Assembly: GCA_040386535.1 (NCBI GenBank)
Contig: JAZKFH010000037.1
Coordinates: 10,430-74,429, forward strand
DNA length: 64,000 nt
Reading direction: 5' to 3'
DNA from: Myxococcota bacterium
Lineage (GTDB): Bacteria; Myxococcota_A; UBA796; SXON01
Each line of letters begins with the position of its first letter. Position 1 is the stretch's first letter. Below, piece by piece: positions 47,563 to 59,154 of this stretch. The notes under the pieces were generated by a model. It was not told the DNA's origin and ran no database searches. It saw nothing but the letters and a program-made list of their open reading frames with translations. Made by a program: the position numbers and the translations under genes.

Positions 47563-49391
47563 CGGCGCCGCCGCGTGGCGAGGAGCCCCACGAGCGCGAG
47601 CCCGAGCGACATCCCGGGGCCCGAGCCTGTTGCGCAGCCGCACGGGGGCAGGCCGCCGCCCACGAGGCCGAGCGGAGCGCCCGCGTCGGTGTCGGTGTCG
47701 ACGGGATCCGGCGCGGTGTCCGTGTCGGCATCCGTGTCGGCGTCCGTGTCGGCGTCGGTGTCGGCCGACCCTTCGTCGTCGAAGTCCAGCGCGCCGATGT
47801 CCGAGGGGGTATGCCCGTAGTCGTCGGCGCGGTCGGGCGTGCCCGCGGCGTTCGCGGGGGAGCCGGCGGCCAGGTACGGCTCGCTCTCGCAGTCGGTCGG
47901 GTCGTACTCGGGCACGAACCCCGCGTCGCTCACGACGATGTCGTTGTCGCCCATCGCGACGCCCACCATCGGCGTCGCGACCTCGGCCCACAGGTTGTAG
48001 TCGTTCACCAGGGGGCTGGGGACGGTGTCGAGCGAGACCCCGCCGGTGGAGTCGGCCGCGAGGTTGTTGGTGAAGGTCAGGCTGCCCACGTCCCCCGATA
48101 CGAAGAGGGCGTCGCTCCCGACGAGCGTGTTGTCCTCGACGACGAACGTGGACGCGCCGAGGCTGTAGTAGCCCCGCAGGACCGCGCTGCCGCCGAACGC
48201 GAGGGCCTGGATGCGGCTCTTGCGCATCGTCACCGTGGAACGGTAGGTACCGATGAGGCCCCAGCCGTCGTCGCCGTAGTCGCACACCCGGAGGCCGTCG
48301 ATCATCGCGGTCCCGGAGACGATCTTGATCGCCGGGCCTCCGAGCGTCGTGCCGTGCCCGACCAGCCGGGCGTCCGACATGCGCAGCACGCCGCCGCCGC
48401 GGTAGAGCTGGCCCGCGCGGGAGAACTTGGTCCCGGTCACGCTCAGCTCGCCGCCGGAGTCGGCGCGGATCACCGGGTTCTCCGCGCTCGTCGGCGCGAG
48501 CTCGCCGTCGGTGAACGACACGAGGTCCCCGTCGGCGAGCTTGGCGTCGAGCACCGCGGCGGTCTCGCCGCCGGTGTTGTAGAACGTGCAGGTCTCGCAC
48601 GCGAAGGACCCGCCGAACACGTAGATCGGCGCGCCGCCCCAGTCCTCGTGCACCACGCCGCGGGAGCCCGAGAAGCGGCCGCCCTCGACCAGCACGTCGT
48701 ACGCGTCGATCGCGAGCAGGTCGGCGCCCGCGGCGGGGCCGTTGTCCTCGAAGTCGGCGGTGCCGGTGAAGTGCGCCTGCACGTCGCCCCCCACGCCCCA
48801 GAGGCCCACGGCGCCGGCCGGATTGGACTTGAAGGTGCTGTTCGTCAACGCCACGCTGGCGTCTTGCGACCGCGCCACCACCAGCAACGCGCGCAGGCTC
48901 TCGAACCCCTCGGCCACGAACCCGGGGCCGCTGACCGCGCCGTCCACCAGCACGAGGCCCGCGCCGCTGTCGCCCACGAGCTTCACGTCGTCCACGATCA
49001 GCGTGGCCTCGTTCACCACGATCGCGGCGGAGGGCCCGGTGGACTCGAACAGGTCCGAGACGTCGGTCGGGAGCACCAGCGTCGCCGCGGTCGTGATGCG
49101 AGCGTGCTGGAGCGTGAGCGTGGCGCCGTCGGTGACCGCGATGGGGGGCAGGTCGACGACCACGCCGTCGCTCGGGGCGAGGCGGTACGCGGACACGTAC
49201 GCGCCGGGCACGAACGCGAGCTGGTCGATCCCGGTGGTGACACAGCCGGGATCGATCCAGACGACGGCGTCCCCCGACGCGTCGCGCGCCGCGCGCACGG
49301 TGTCCTGGAGGAGCTGCTCGTTCGCGCAGGTGTACTCGACCTCGGCGGCCGACGCGGCGGGGGCGGAGAGGAGCCACGACAGGAGCCGCAT
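47559..49391 (-). CDS. Secreted beta-helix-like protein with MYXO-CTERM sorting tail
   Basis: FxxN repeats; LAAGSPA..G..DIGA; DTDAD linker; CGCATG..LALVGLLATRRRR. Confidence 0.85.
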   Translation of the reverse strand: MRLLSWLLSAPAASAAEVEYTCANEQLLQDTVRAARDASGDAVVWIDPGCVTTGIDQLAFVPGAYVSAYRLAPSDGVVVDLPPIAVTDGATLTLQHARITTAATLVLPTDVSDLFESTGPSAAIVVNEATLIVDDVKLVGDSGAGLVLVDGAVSGPGFVAEGFESLRALLVVARSQDASVALTNSTFKSNPAGAVGLWGVGGDVQAHFTGTADFEDNGPAAGADLLAIDAYDVLVEGGRFSGSRGVVHEDWGGAPIYVFGGSFACETCTFYNTGGETAAVLDAKLADGDLVSFTDGELAPTSAENPVIRADSGGELSVTGTKFSRAGQLYRGGGVLRMSDARLVGHGTTLGGPAIKIVSGTAMIDGLRVCDYGDDGWGLIGTYRSTVTMRKSRIQALAFGGSAVLRGYYSLGASTFVVEDNTLVGSDALFVSGDVGSLTFTNNLAADSTGGVSLDTVPSPLVNDYNLWAEVATPMVGVAMGDNDIVVSDAGFVPEYDPTDCESEPYLAAGSPANAAGTPDRADDYGHTPSDIGALDFDDEGSADTDADTDADTDADTDTAPDPVDTDTDAGAPLGLVGGGLPPCGCATGSGPGMSLGLALVGLLATRRRR

Positions 49392-49545
49392 GGGAGCATC
49401 CGGATGAATGCCATGGTGCCAGACACCGCGGACTCAGTCACGCGGCGCGACGCCGGGTTCGCTTGCTTGACACGCGTGATGACAAAAATGTCACCTCGCG
49501 CTTTCGGTTGCCCTTGTGGTCCACCGTCCGCGGAGCACGCCCTTC

Positions 49546-49899
49546 ATGATCCTGATCGTCGATGACGAACCCATGATTTGCCTCACGCTCACCGAGCTCC
49601 TGGAGGACGTGGGGTACGAGGTGATCGGCGCGGGGAACGGCGTGGAGGCGCGCGCCCGGTTTGGTCCGCAGGTGGCCGCGGTGCTGCTGGACGTGCGGCT
49701 CCCGGACGTGGGCCAGCTCGAGCTGCTCACCTGGTTCAAGAGCCAGAACCCGGCGTGTGTCGTCCTCATGATGACCGGAAACGGCCCGATGGCGCTCGAG
49801 GCCGAGGCGCGGGGGTTGGGCGCGAACGGTTTTCTGCGCAAGCCGTTCAGCATCGACAGCCTGCTCCGCGACATCGAACGACTCGTGCCGCGCGCCTGA
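49546..49899 (+). CDS. Single-domain response regulator
   Basis: ILIVDDE, LLDVRLPD, MTG, FLRKPF. Confidence 0.92.
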   Translation: MILIVDDEPMICLTLTELLEDVGYEVIGAGNGVEARARFGPQVAAVLLDVRLPDVGQLELLTWFKSQNPACVVLMMTGNGPMALEAEARGLGANGFLRKPFSIDSLLRDIERLVPRA

Positions 49900-49908
49900 C
49901 GCGACGGG

Positions 49909-51132
49909 TCAGCCCGAGCGGGGCAGCTCGAACCAGAACGTCGCGCCCTGCCCGGGCCAGCCCTCGGCGCCCACGGTGCCGCCGTGCCGGCCGACGATCC
50001 GCTTGACCAGGCCGAGCCCGATCCCGGTGCCCTCGAACTCGTCCATCCGGTGGAGCCGACGGAACGGCTCGAAGAGCAGCGATTGGTGGGCGGGGTCGAA
50101 GCCGGCCCCGTTGTCGTGGATGAGGACGCGCAGATTTTCGTCCGACTCCTCCGTGTCCAAGGTGATCAGGGCCACGTCGCGCTTCCGGGTGAACTTCCAC
50201 GCGTTGCCGAGCAGGTTCTCGAGCACGAGGCGGAGGTAGCGAGGATCGGCTCGCACCATCGCCTGGTCTGCGCCCAGGAATTCGACCACTCGCTCCGGTT
50301 CGCGCCGCCGGAGCTCGTCGATGATGGTGGCGGAGAGGACGGCGAGGTCGACCTCGGCGAACTCGAGCGGGTCCCGGCCGGCTTGGGAGAGGGCGAGCAG
50401 GTCGTCGATGATGGCCCGCATCCGCGCGGCGGCGCCGCGCAGGCGCCGGAGGAGCTGGGCGTCCGGGGGGGAGAGCTTGTCGGCGAGGTTCTCCTCCAAT
50501 ATTTCGCCGTACGCGTCGATCGCGCGCAGGGGCGCGCGCAGATCGTGGGACACGGAGTAGGCGAAGGCGTCGAGCTCGTGGACGGCGGCGGTGAGCTCCT
50601 CGGTCCGCGCCGCGACGCGCCGCTCGAAGTCGGCCTGCAGCTCCTGGACCTCCTGCTCGGCGGGCGTGCGGGGGGTCCCGTCGGCACGCTCCAGCAGGAG
50701 GGCGTTGTCGAGCGCCGCGTCGAGGGCAAAGGCCACGGCGCGGTGCGCGGCGCCCGAGACGCCGGAGCCGGGGAGCCCGAGGAAGACCACCCGCGCCGCG
50801 CCGAGGTGGGCGCCGACGCCGAAGGCGACGATGGGCCTGGGCGACTCCGCGAGCGCGACGGGCACGGACAGGAACGTCTCCGTGCCGTTGCCGGTCTGCG
50901 CGCGCCGGAGCGACCGCCGCACGGCCGCGGAGACCGAGGCCGACGTGCCCATGCGGGCCACTTCGCCCAAGGTCGTGCCGTCATCCGCCGCGACGATGGC
51001 GAACGTGACGAGCTGCGGCGCACGTGCGAGCGCCGCTGCGAGCTGCTCCGCCCGCACCGCGGCGGTGCTTCCTCGGGAACCCGCGATCTCCGCCAGGAGC
51101 GCGAACGCCTGTTCGTCCAATGTCGATCCCAA
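49909..51132 (-). CDS. Cytoplasmic sensor histidine kinase
   Basis: FAYSVSHDLRAPLR; NLLGNAWKF; DNGAGF; GTGIGL. Confidence 0.92.
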   Translation of the reverse strand: MGSTLDEQAFALLAEIAGSRGSTAAVRAEQLAAALARAPQLVTFAIVAADDGTTLGEVARMGTSASVSAAVRRSLRRAQTGNGTETFLSVPVALAESPRPIVAFGVGAHLGAARVVFLGLPGSGVSGAAHRAVAFALDAALDNALLLERADGTPRTPAEQEVQELQADFERRVAARTEELTAAVHELDAFAYSVSHDLRAPLRAIDAYGEILEENLADKLSPPDAQLLRRLRGAAARMRAIIDDLLALSQAGRDPLEFAEVDLAVLSATIIDELRRREPERVVEFLGADQAMVRADPRYLRLVLENLLGNAWKFTRKRDVALITLDTEESDENLRVLIHDNGAGFDPAHQSLLFEPFRRLHRMDEFEGTGIGLGLVKRIVGRHGGTVGAEGWPGQGATFWFELPRSG

Positions 51133-51253
51133 GGAGGCCCTCGGGCCGGAAACCCCGGATCGGTCCGAACCCTTCCGCCCGTTTGCGTCCCCGGTTTACG
51201 AAACTCGAACTGATGTGCTTCGTCCTGGTCTATCGGGCGTGCTATGAGGTGGG

Positions 51254-53482
<2,229 letters not shown>

Positions 53483-53512
53483 TCCGGCCCGAAGGTGGAC
53501 CGCCGCCAGCGG

Positions 53513-54013
53513 TCAACAGGGCGATGCGTCGGGCGTCCCGCCGCTGCTGTCCCCGCACCCGCCGCCCACTTCGAGCGCCGGGTGCAGGGGGAAGTCCAGG
53601 GAGTGCCAGAGGTCCGGGACCTCGATCTCCGTGAGCTCCTGCCCCGCGTCGAGGAGGCAGGCCCTGGCGTGCTCGTAGAGGGTCCGCGAGCGATCCGCCG
53701 CCACGCTGACCTTCCGCACGTCGAGCGCGACGGCGGGGGTGTCGCCCGCGGCGAGGTGGTCCCGCAGGTCCAGCCAGGCGCCCGCGGCCACCACGGCGTA
53801 CGTCGTGAGCGACGTGAGCTTGGACTTGAGGCACATCCGCTCGTCCACGTCGTCCCGGAGCTGGGCGGCGGCGAGCCAGCCCTCTACGTCGCCGATCGCC
53901 GCCTCCATCTCCCGGCGCACACCGTCGGTGTAGACGAGCGCGACCGGGGAGGGGCGCTCCTCGGCATGGGACGGTTGCACGGCCGCGAGGAGGCTGGGAA
54001 GGAGAAGGTTCAT
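53513..54013 (-). CDS. Secreted helical hypothetical protein
   Basis: Signal peptide; helical body with two Cys; ends PDASPC. Confidence 0.7.
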   Translation of the reverse strand: MNLLLPSLLAAVQPSHAEERPSPVALVYTDGVRREMEAAIGDVEGWLAAAQLRDDVDERMCLKSKLTSLTTYAVVAAGAWLDLRDHLAAGDTPAVALDVRKVSVAADRSRTLYEHARACLLDAGQELTEIEVPDLWHSLDFPLHPALEVGGGCGDSSGGTPDASPC

Positions 54014-54038
54014 GGTGCCCTCTCGCCCACTGTAGCCC

Positions 54039-56543
54039 CTATACGCGCCCGTCGCGCAACAGCGCCCGATAGTCGTCCAGGATCCGCGCGGCGTCGGCCT
54101 CGTCGGTCGAGGCGGCCACGTACTCCGTGCTCACCAGGCACACGGCGTGGGGCGGCTGGGCCAGCGTGGAGGCGGCCATCAGCGTCTGGGACAGGTCGAC
54201 CTCGCCCTCTCCGAGGCCCACCCACTCGTACTTGTTGGTGCCCCACACGAAGATGCGCTCGCCGACGCGCTGCATCGGTTGGGGGTGGAACTGGTTCCAC
54301 GGGGACAGGTAGCGCACGTCCTTGAGGTGGTACGCGATGACGCGCCCGCCCCACGCCCGCACCATGCGCGCAAAGTCCATGGCGCCGAGCAGATCTCCCT
54401 CGCTCGCGATGAAGCGGTTGGCGGGATCGTCGATGAACCCGACGAGATCCCACCCGGTGGCGCGGAGGCCGCGGCAACAGTGGTGCACGTCGTGCAGGTC
54501 GGACAGGTACTGGCCGTGGTGGATCTCGAGGCCGAGCACCACCTTCTTGCCCGTGCGCGCGGACAGCTCGCGGGTGCACCCCTCCCAATATTGGATCGTG
54601 GCGAGGCTCTCGTCGCGCAGCTGCTTGCGGATGTCCTGCCAACGCCCCGGCAGGCTGCGGGCGCGCGCGTACAGGTCCCCCCCGAGCACACGCAGCACGA
54701 GCGTGCCGTCGGGCGCGGCCTCGGCGAGGCGGTACGCCTGCTCGATGACGTGGCGGCCGTAGTCGCGGTCGCCCGGCACACACGCGCCCATGTAGGCGCT
54801 GGTCATCGCGATCGGCACGCCGTGCTCCCACGAGAGCGCGACGGCGCGGTCGATCGAGGCGGGGTCTCCCAGGTCGAAGTCGGCGTTGGTGTGGGCAACG
54901 GCCCAGGTGCGGTCGGGATCGGAGGCGGCGGCGCGGCGGGACCGCAGATCGACGAACACGGGGAAGCCGGCCTTGTCGGCGGCGGCGCGGGCGAGGCGGA
55001 ACACCTCGTCGATCGGGCGGTCGGCGATGAGCATCGAGTTGACCGCCATCGCGACGGGCACGGGCACCTGCTCGACGATGGCGCGCTTGTTGAGCTTGCC
55101 CGAGGGGAACGCGGGAAGCTCGTCGCGGAACTCGACGATGCGCGGCAACATCGAGGGCGGCAGGGCCTTGCGGCAGTGGGAGAGGATGTCCTCGCGGGAG
55201 AGCGCGGTGCCGGCGAGCGGTACGATCACGGCGCGTGGCACCTCGCCCCGGAGCGGGTCGCGGGCGGGCACCACGACCACCTGCTTCACGCCGGGGATGG
55301 CGGCGATCGCCCGCTCGATGTCGAGCAGGTACACCTTCACGCCGCCGACCTTGATCATCTCCTCGCGCCGGCCGAGGAAGCGCAGGTAGCCGCCGTCCTC
55401 CTCGCGGACGAGATCGCCGGTGTGGTACCAGCCGTCGCGGAACTTCTCCGCCGTCGCGTCGGGGCGCTCGGGGTAGCCGCCCACCACCGCGCCGCCGCGC
55501 ACACACAGCTCGCCGACGCCGGTGCTCGCGTCCGTGTCGATGACCTTCACCTCGTAGTGGGCCACGGGCTTGCCGAGCATCTCCAGCCGGCGCTCCGGCT
55601 CCCACGGCGGCACGTGCAACACGACGCCGGTGGTCTCCGTACACCCCCAGATCGGGATGAACTGGCAGCCGAGCGCGCCCTCGACGCGGCGGACCAGCTC
55701 GGGCGGGACCACGGCGCCGCCGGCCTCGCAGAAGCGCAGCGCCGGGAACGTGTCACCCGCCTGCACCTGGGTCAGGAGCAGGTCGAACACGCTCGGGATG
55801 GCGAACACCCAGCTGACCGCGTGGTCCTGGAGGGTGCGGATCACCGTGCGCGGGCGCAGGGTGTCGAGCATCACCGCGGTCCCGCCGGTGGCGAGGGTGC
55901 GGGCGAAGTGTTCGTGTGGGTGGGAGTAGGGCGCGAACAGGCAGAGGAAGCGCTCGTCCTCGGTGAAGGGGAACACGTCGAGCACCGCGCGCGTGTTCCA
56001 TTGGATGTTCGCGTGGGTGGTCGGCGCGCCCTTCGGCATCGACGTGCTGCCGCTCGTGAAGTTCACGTAGCAGGGGCGGTCGGGGTCCTCGGAGGGCGGG
56101 AGCGCGCCGGGGGCCCCGTGTGTCAATTGGAGCAGCGCGGCCTCGCCCCGGATGACTCGCCCCGCGTCGCCGAGGATCCGCGCGGCCACGTCGGCCTCGG
56201 CGTCCTTGGGCGCGAACACCAGATCGACCCCGCCGCGGCGGATGACATGCTCGATGCGCGCGGGGTCTGCCCCGTCGATCGGGGTGTAGAGGCCCCCGGC
56301 GCGCGCCGTGGCGAGGAACAACGCGGGCAGCTCCCAGGTGCGCTGCGGGAAGGCGAGCACGTGCCCGCCGGGGGTCAAGCCCTGGGCGCGCAACCCCGAC
56401 GCCATGCGCGCGACGGTGGCCTCGAGCTCCGCCCACGTGATGCGCCGGTCGCGGTCGAGGATGGCCACGTGATCGGGCCGCCGCTCGGCGTGGAGGCGGA
56501 GCGTGGCGTCGAGGGTGAGGCGGACCAATTCGGGAGGGGTCAT
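54039..56543 (-). CDS. Adenylate-forming (acyl-CoA synthetase-like) enzyme fused to a xylose-isomerase-like TIM barrel
   Basis: FTSGSTSMPKG, WGCTET, YHTGDL, SGKLNK; then GLEIHH, DDPAN, YHLKD, GLGEGEVD, STEY. Confidence 0.88.
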   Translation of the reverse strand: MTPPELVRLTLDATLRLHAERRPDHVAILDRDRRITWAELEATVARMASGLRAQGLTPGGHVLAFPQRTWELPALFLATARAGGLYTPIDGADPARIEHVIRRGGVDLVFAPKDAEADVAARILGDAGRVIRGEAALLQLTHGAPGALPPSEDPDRPCYVNFTSGSTSMPKGAPTTHANIQWNTRAVLDVFPFTEDERFLCLFAPYSHPHEHFARTLATGGTAVMLDTLRPRTVIRTLQDHAVSWVFAIPSVFDLLLTQVQAGDTFPALRFCEAGGAVVPPELVRRVEGALGCQFIPIWGCTETTGVVLHVPPWEPERRLEMLGKPVAHYEVKVIDTDASTGVGELCVRGGAVVGGYPERPDATAEKFRDGWYHTGDLVREEDGGYLRFLGRREEMIKVGGVKVYLLDIERAIAAIPGVKQVVVVPARDPLRGEVPRAVIVPLAGTALSREDILSHCRKALPPSMLPRIVEFRDELPAFPSGKLNKRAIVEQVPVPVAMAVNSMLIADRPIDEVFRLARAAADKAGFPVFVDLRSRRAAASDPDRTWAVAHTNADFDLGDPASIDRAVALSWEHGVPIAMTSAYMGACVPGDRDYGRHVIEQAYRLAEAAPDGTLVLRVLGGDLYARARSLPGRWQDIRKQLRDESLATIQYWEGCTRELSARTGKKVVLGLEIHHGQYLSDLHDVHHCCRGLRATGWDLVGFIDDPANRFIASEGDLLGAMDFARMVRAWGGRVIAYHLKDVRYLSPWNQFHPQPMQRVGERIFVWGTNKYEWVGLGEGEVDLSQTLMAASTLAQPPHAVCLVSTEYVAASTDEADAARILDDYRALLRDGRV

Positions 56544-57568
56544 CGGGCTGCCAACGTGTCGTATTTGCGCCAGCGGTCGTCGGGGGCGTAGTCGACGAAC
56601 AGGGGGTGGTCGTCCACCGCGTTGCGGAGGCGACAATGGAGGAGCCAGGTGCCGTACTGCTCGGGGTGCGCGCGCAGCCACTGCTCCACCACCGTGACAT
56701 AGGCGGTGGCGAGCGACTCGGGGGTGTGGCCGTCGGGCGCGATGGGGGCGCCGAAGTGACAGATGTCCGGGCCCTCGGCGGGGCACTCCACCATGGTGGG
56801 GACGATGGCGGCGCCGGTGGCGATGGCCATCCGGTAGGGCCCCGGGTTCAGCAGCGCCTCGCGGCCCAGGTAGGGCACCTTCATGAACTTGTTGCCGATC
56901 CGCCCGTCGAACGCGATGCCGACGATCTCGTTGTCGGCGAGCCGGCGGAACAGCTGCCGCAGGGGCGTCTCCATGGTGAGGAAGCGCGCGGGCAGCCGAT
57001 CCTCGCTCTCCTCGCGCACGCGGCGGGTCTCCGCGCGGTAGCGGTTGTGGCCGAACAGCTCGGGGTGCTCGGCGGCGACATCGGCCGGGGCGAGCCCGCG
57101 CGCGGCGTACTGGGTGTAGGGGTACCCGGCGAGCGAGACCGCCGCGATCATCATCATGAAGTTGCCGGCGTGCGGAAACAGGATGATCGCGCCCTTCTTC
57201 CGCGCGAGCGCGGCGTCGAGGTGGGCCTGGTCCTGGAAGCGGAGGTAGCTGCGCCAGTTGTCCACGGTGAGCTTGCCGAGCAGCAGCTCCTCGTAGTGGG
57301 CCCGGAAGGCCACGCGGTACGCGTCCCGCACCGCGTTTGGGCCGACCTCGCCGAAAGCGCGCCGGTACTCGTCCGCCATCAGCGCGCGGCCGGCGCCCGC
57401 CGCGAGGTGCTGGAGGCGCCACAAGGGGAGCACGCTGCGCACCACGTCGGGCCGATCCACCGGGAGGAGCTTGCGGGCCTGCACCCAGAAGAGCCACCGC
57501 GCCACGTCCCCGGGGCGGACGGCGCTCTCGGCGGGGCGCTCCGGGGAGCGGGGGGCGGACGGGGGCAT
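56540..57568 (-). CDS. LpxL/HtrB-like lysophospholipid acyltransferase family protein
   Basis: LDAALARKKGAI..HAGNF; VGIAFDG; YLGR..GPYRMA..GAAIVP; HPEQY..WL; ATGA overlap with the ligase. Confidence 0.85.
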   Translation of the reverse strand: MPPSAPRSPERPAESAVRPGDVARWLFWVQARKLLPVDRPDVVRSVLPLWRLQHLAAGAGRALMADEYRRAFGEVGPNAVRDAYRVAFRAHYEELLLGKLTVDNWRSYLRFQDQAHLDAALARKKGAIILFPHAGNFMMMIAAVSLAGYPYTQYAARGLAPADVAAEHPELFGHNRYRAETRRVREESEDRLPARFLTMETPLRQLFRRLADNEIVGIAFDGRIGNKFMKVPYLGREALLNPGPYRMAIATGAAIVPTMVECPAEGPDICHFGAPIAPDGHTPESLATAYVTVVEQWLRAHPEQYGTWLLHCRLRNAVDDHPLFVDYAPDDRWRKYDTLAAR

Positions 57569-57629
57569 CGGGCTCGGGGGAAGGGAGGCCAGTATATCGG
57601 GCGCGAGGGCCCCGGATGGCCCCGGGCGA

Positions 57630-58538
57630 TCAGCCGGCGCGGACCACGAGCAACCCCATCACCGAGACGAACGCCCACAACACCACGCCGAGCACCAGGG
57701 GGCGCGGGCCCACCGTGGCGAGCGCCTTGCGCGACACGCCCAGCCCGGTCAGGAACAACACGGCTCCGAGCGCCTGCTTCGCGACCGCCGAGAGCACGTG
57801 CCCCGGCTCGACCAGCGCGGGGATCAGGGTCACGAGCGCCGCCGCCGCCAGGAAGGCGGGGATGAACCACGGGATGGCGGCCTTGCCACCCCGGCCCTCG
57901 CGCCACGAGAGGGCGAGCGTGAGCGGGGCGATCCACAACGCGCGCGCGAGCTTGGTCGTCGTGGCGATGCCGAGCGCGCCGCCGCCGTAGGCGCTCGCGG
58001 CGCCCACCACCGAGCTCGTGTCGTGGATGGCGAGCGCGGCCCAGCGGCCGAACATCTCCGGCTCCATCCCGAGGGCGTGGCCGACGAACGGAAACAACAC
58101 CAACGCCGCCGCGTTGAGGAGGAACACGGTGCCGATCGCGACGCCCACGTGCTCGTCCTTCGCGTCGAGCGCGGGCGCCGCGGCCGCGATGGCGCTGCCG
58201 CCGCAGATCGCGGTGCCGACGGCGATGAGGAGCGTGAGCACACGGTCGACGCCGAGCAGCTTCCCGAGCCCGATGCCGACCGCGAGCGTCACGACGATGC
58301 CCATCGCGGTGACGACGATCCCCTCGGCGCCCACGCGGGCCACGACGCCGAGATCCACGCCGAAGCCGAGCCCTACGACGCAGAGGGCGAGGCCGTTCTT
58401 GACGAGGCGAGGCGTGACGGCCGGCCAGGGGTTTCCGAGGAGGAGCCCGATCGCGACGCCGGCGACGAGTGCGGCCGCGGGCGGGCACCCGGGCACGAGC
58501 GCCGCGAGCACCCCGAGTACGACCAGCACCTTCGCCAT
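57630..58538 (-). CDS. yeiH: YeiH family putative sulfate exporter
   Basis: GTAICGGSAIAA, AIHDTSSVVGA, TTKLARALWI. Confidence 0.92.
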   Translation of the reverse strand: MAKVLVVLGVLAALVPGCPPAAALVAGVAIGLLLGNPWPAVTPRLVKNGLALCVVGLGFGVDLGVVARVGAEGIVVTAMGIVVTLAVGIGLGKLLGVDRVLTLLIAVGTAICGGSAIAAAAPALDAKDEHVGVAIGTVFLLNAAALVLFPFVGHALGMEPEMFGRWAALAIHDTSSVVGAASAYGGGALGIATTTKLARALWIAPLTLALSWREGRGGKAAIPWFIPAFLAAAALVTLIPALVEPGHVLSAVAKQALGAVLFLTGLGVSRKALATVGPRPLVLGVVLWAFVSVMGLLVVRAG

Positions 58539-58626
58539 GGGGCCGGCTATCGCGGTCCCCGCCGTCGCGGGGCACGGCTACCCGTTTCCCGCGACGGACT
58601 GGCCGTGAGGAGGGCGCGATAGGCCG

Positions 58627-59103
58627 TCAGAAGTAGAAGCGCCCCCCGAGCCCGGCGTCCACCCCGAAGCCGAGCCCGGGGATCACCTGTACCCGCGGCA
58701 CCACCTGCGCGAAGAGCTCGAGAGGGAGCCGCTCGAAGAACAGGGACGCCCCGACGGGCACGCGCGCCGACACGCCCGCGTTCTCGCCGAACATGCCCGG
58801 CGCGGCCGACACTGCGCCGACGCCGACGCCCACGTAGAGGGGCATCATCGTGCCGCCCGTGGGCTCGAGCAACCGGATGGACTGCACGTAGTCGGCGCTC
58901 GCGTCGAACCGCCCGTCCTTCAGGTCCCATCCCACGGCGCCCTGAACGGCGTTCCACCCGTTCGGCCGCCAGGCGAGCGACACGCCGGTGGTGGGCCCGA
59001 CGATCACCCCCGCGCCGAACGGGCCGGGTTGGATGTCACGGTAGGGCCCCGCCTGTGCCTCCGCATGGTTCAAGCCGACGAGGACCAGCAAGATCGACAA
59101 CAT
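58627..59103 (-). CDS. Small outer-membrane beta-barrel protein (DUF3996-like)
   Basis: FGAGVIVGPTTG, ARVPVG, terminal GGRFYF. Confidence 0.8.
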   Translation of the reverse strand: MLSILLVLVGLNHAEAQAGPYRDIQPGPFGAGVIVGPTTGVSLAWRPNGWNAVQGAVGWDLKDGRFDASADYVQSIRLLEPTGGTMMPLYVGVGVGAVSAAPGMFGENAGVSARVPVGASLFFERLPLELFAQVVPRVQVIPGLGFGVDAGLGGRFYF

Positions 59104-59154
59104 GGTTCGCCTCCTCTCGGACGAACCTACACACCTACGCGTCGAACGAGCGCC

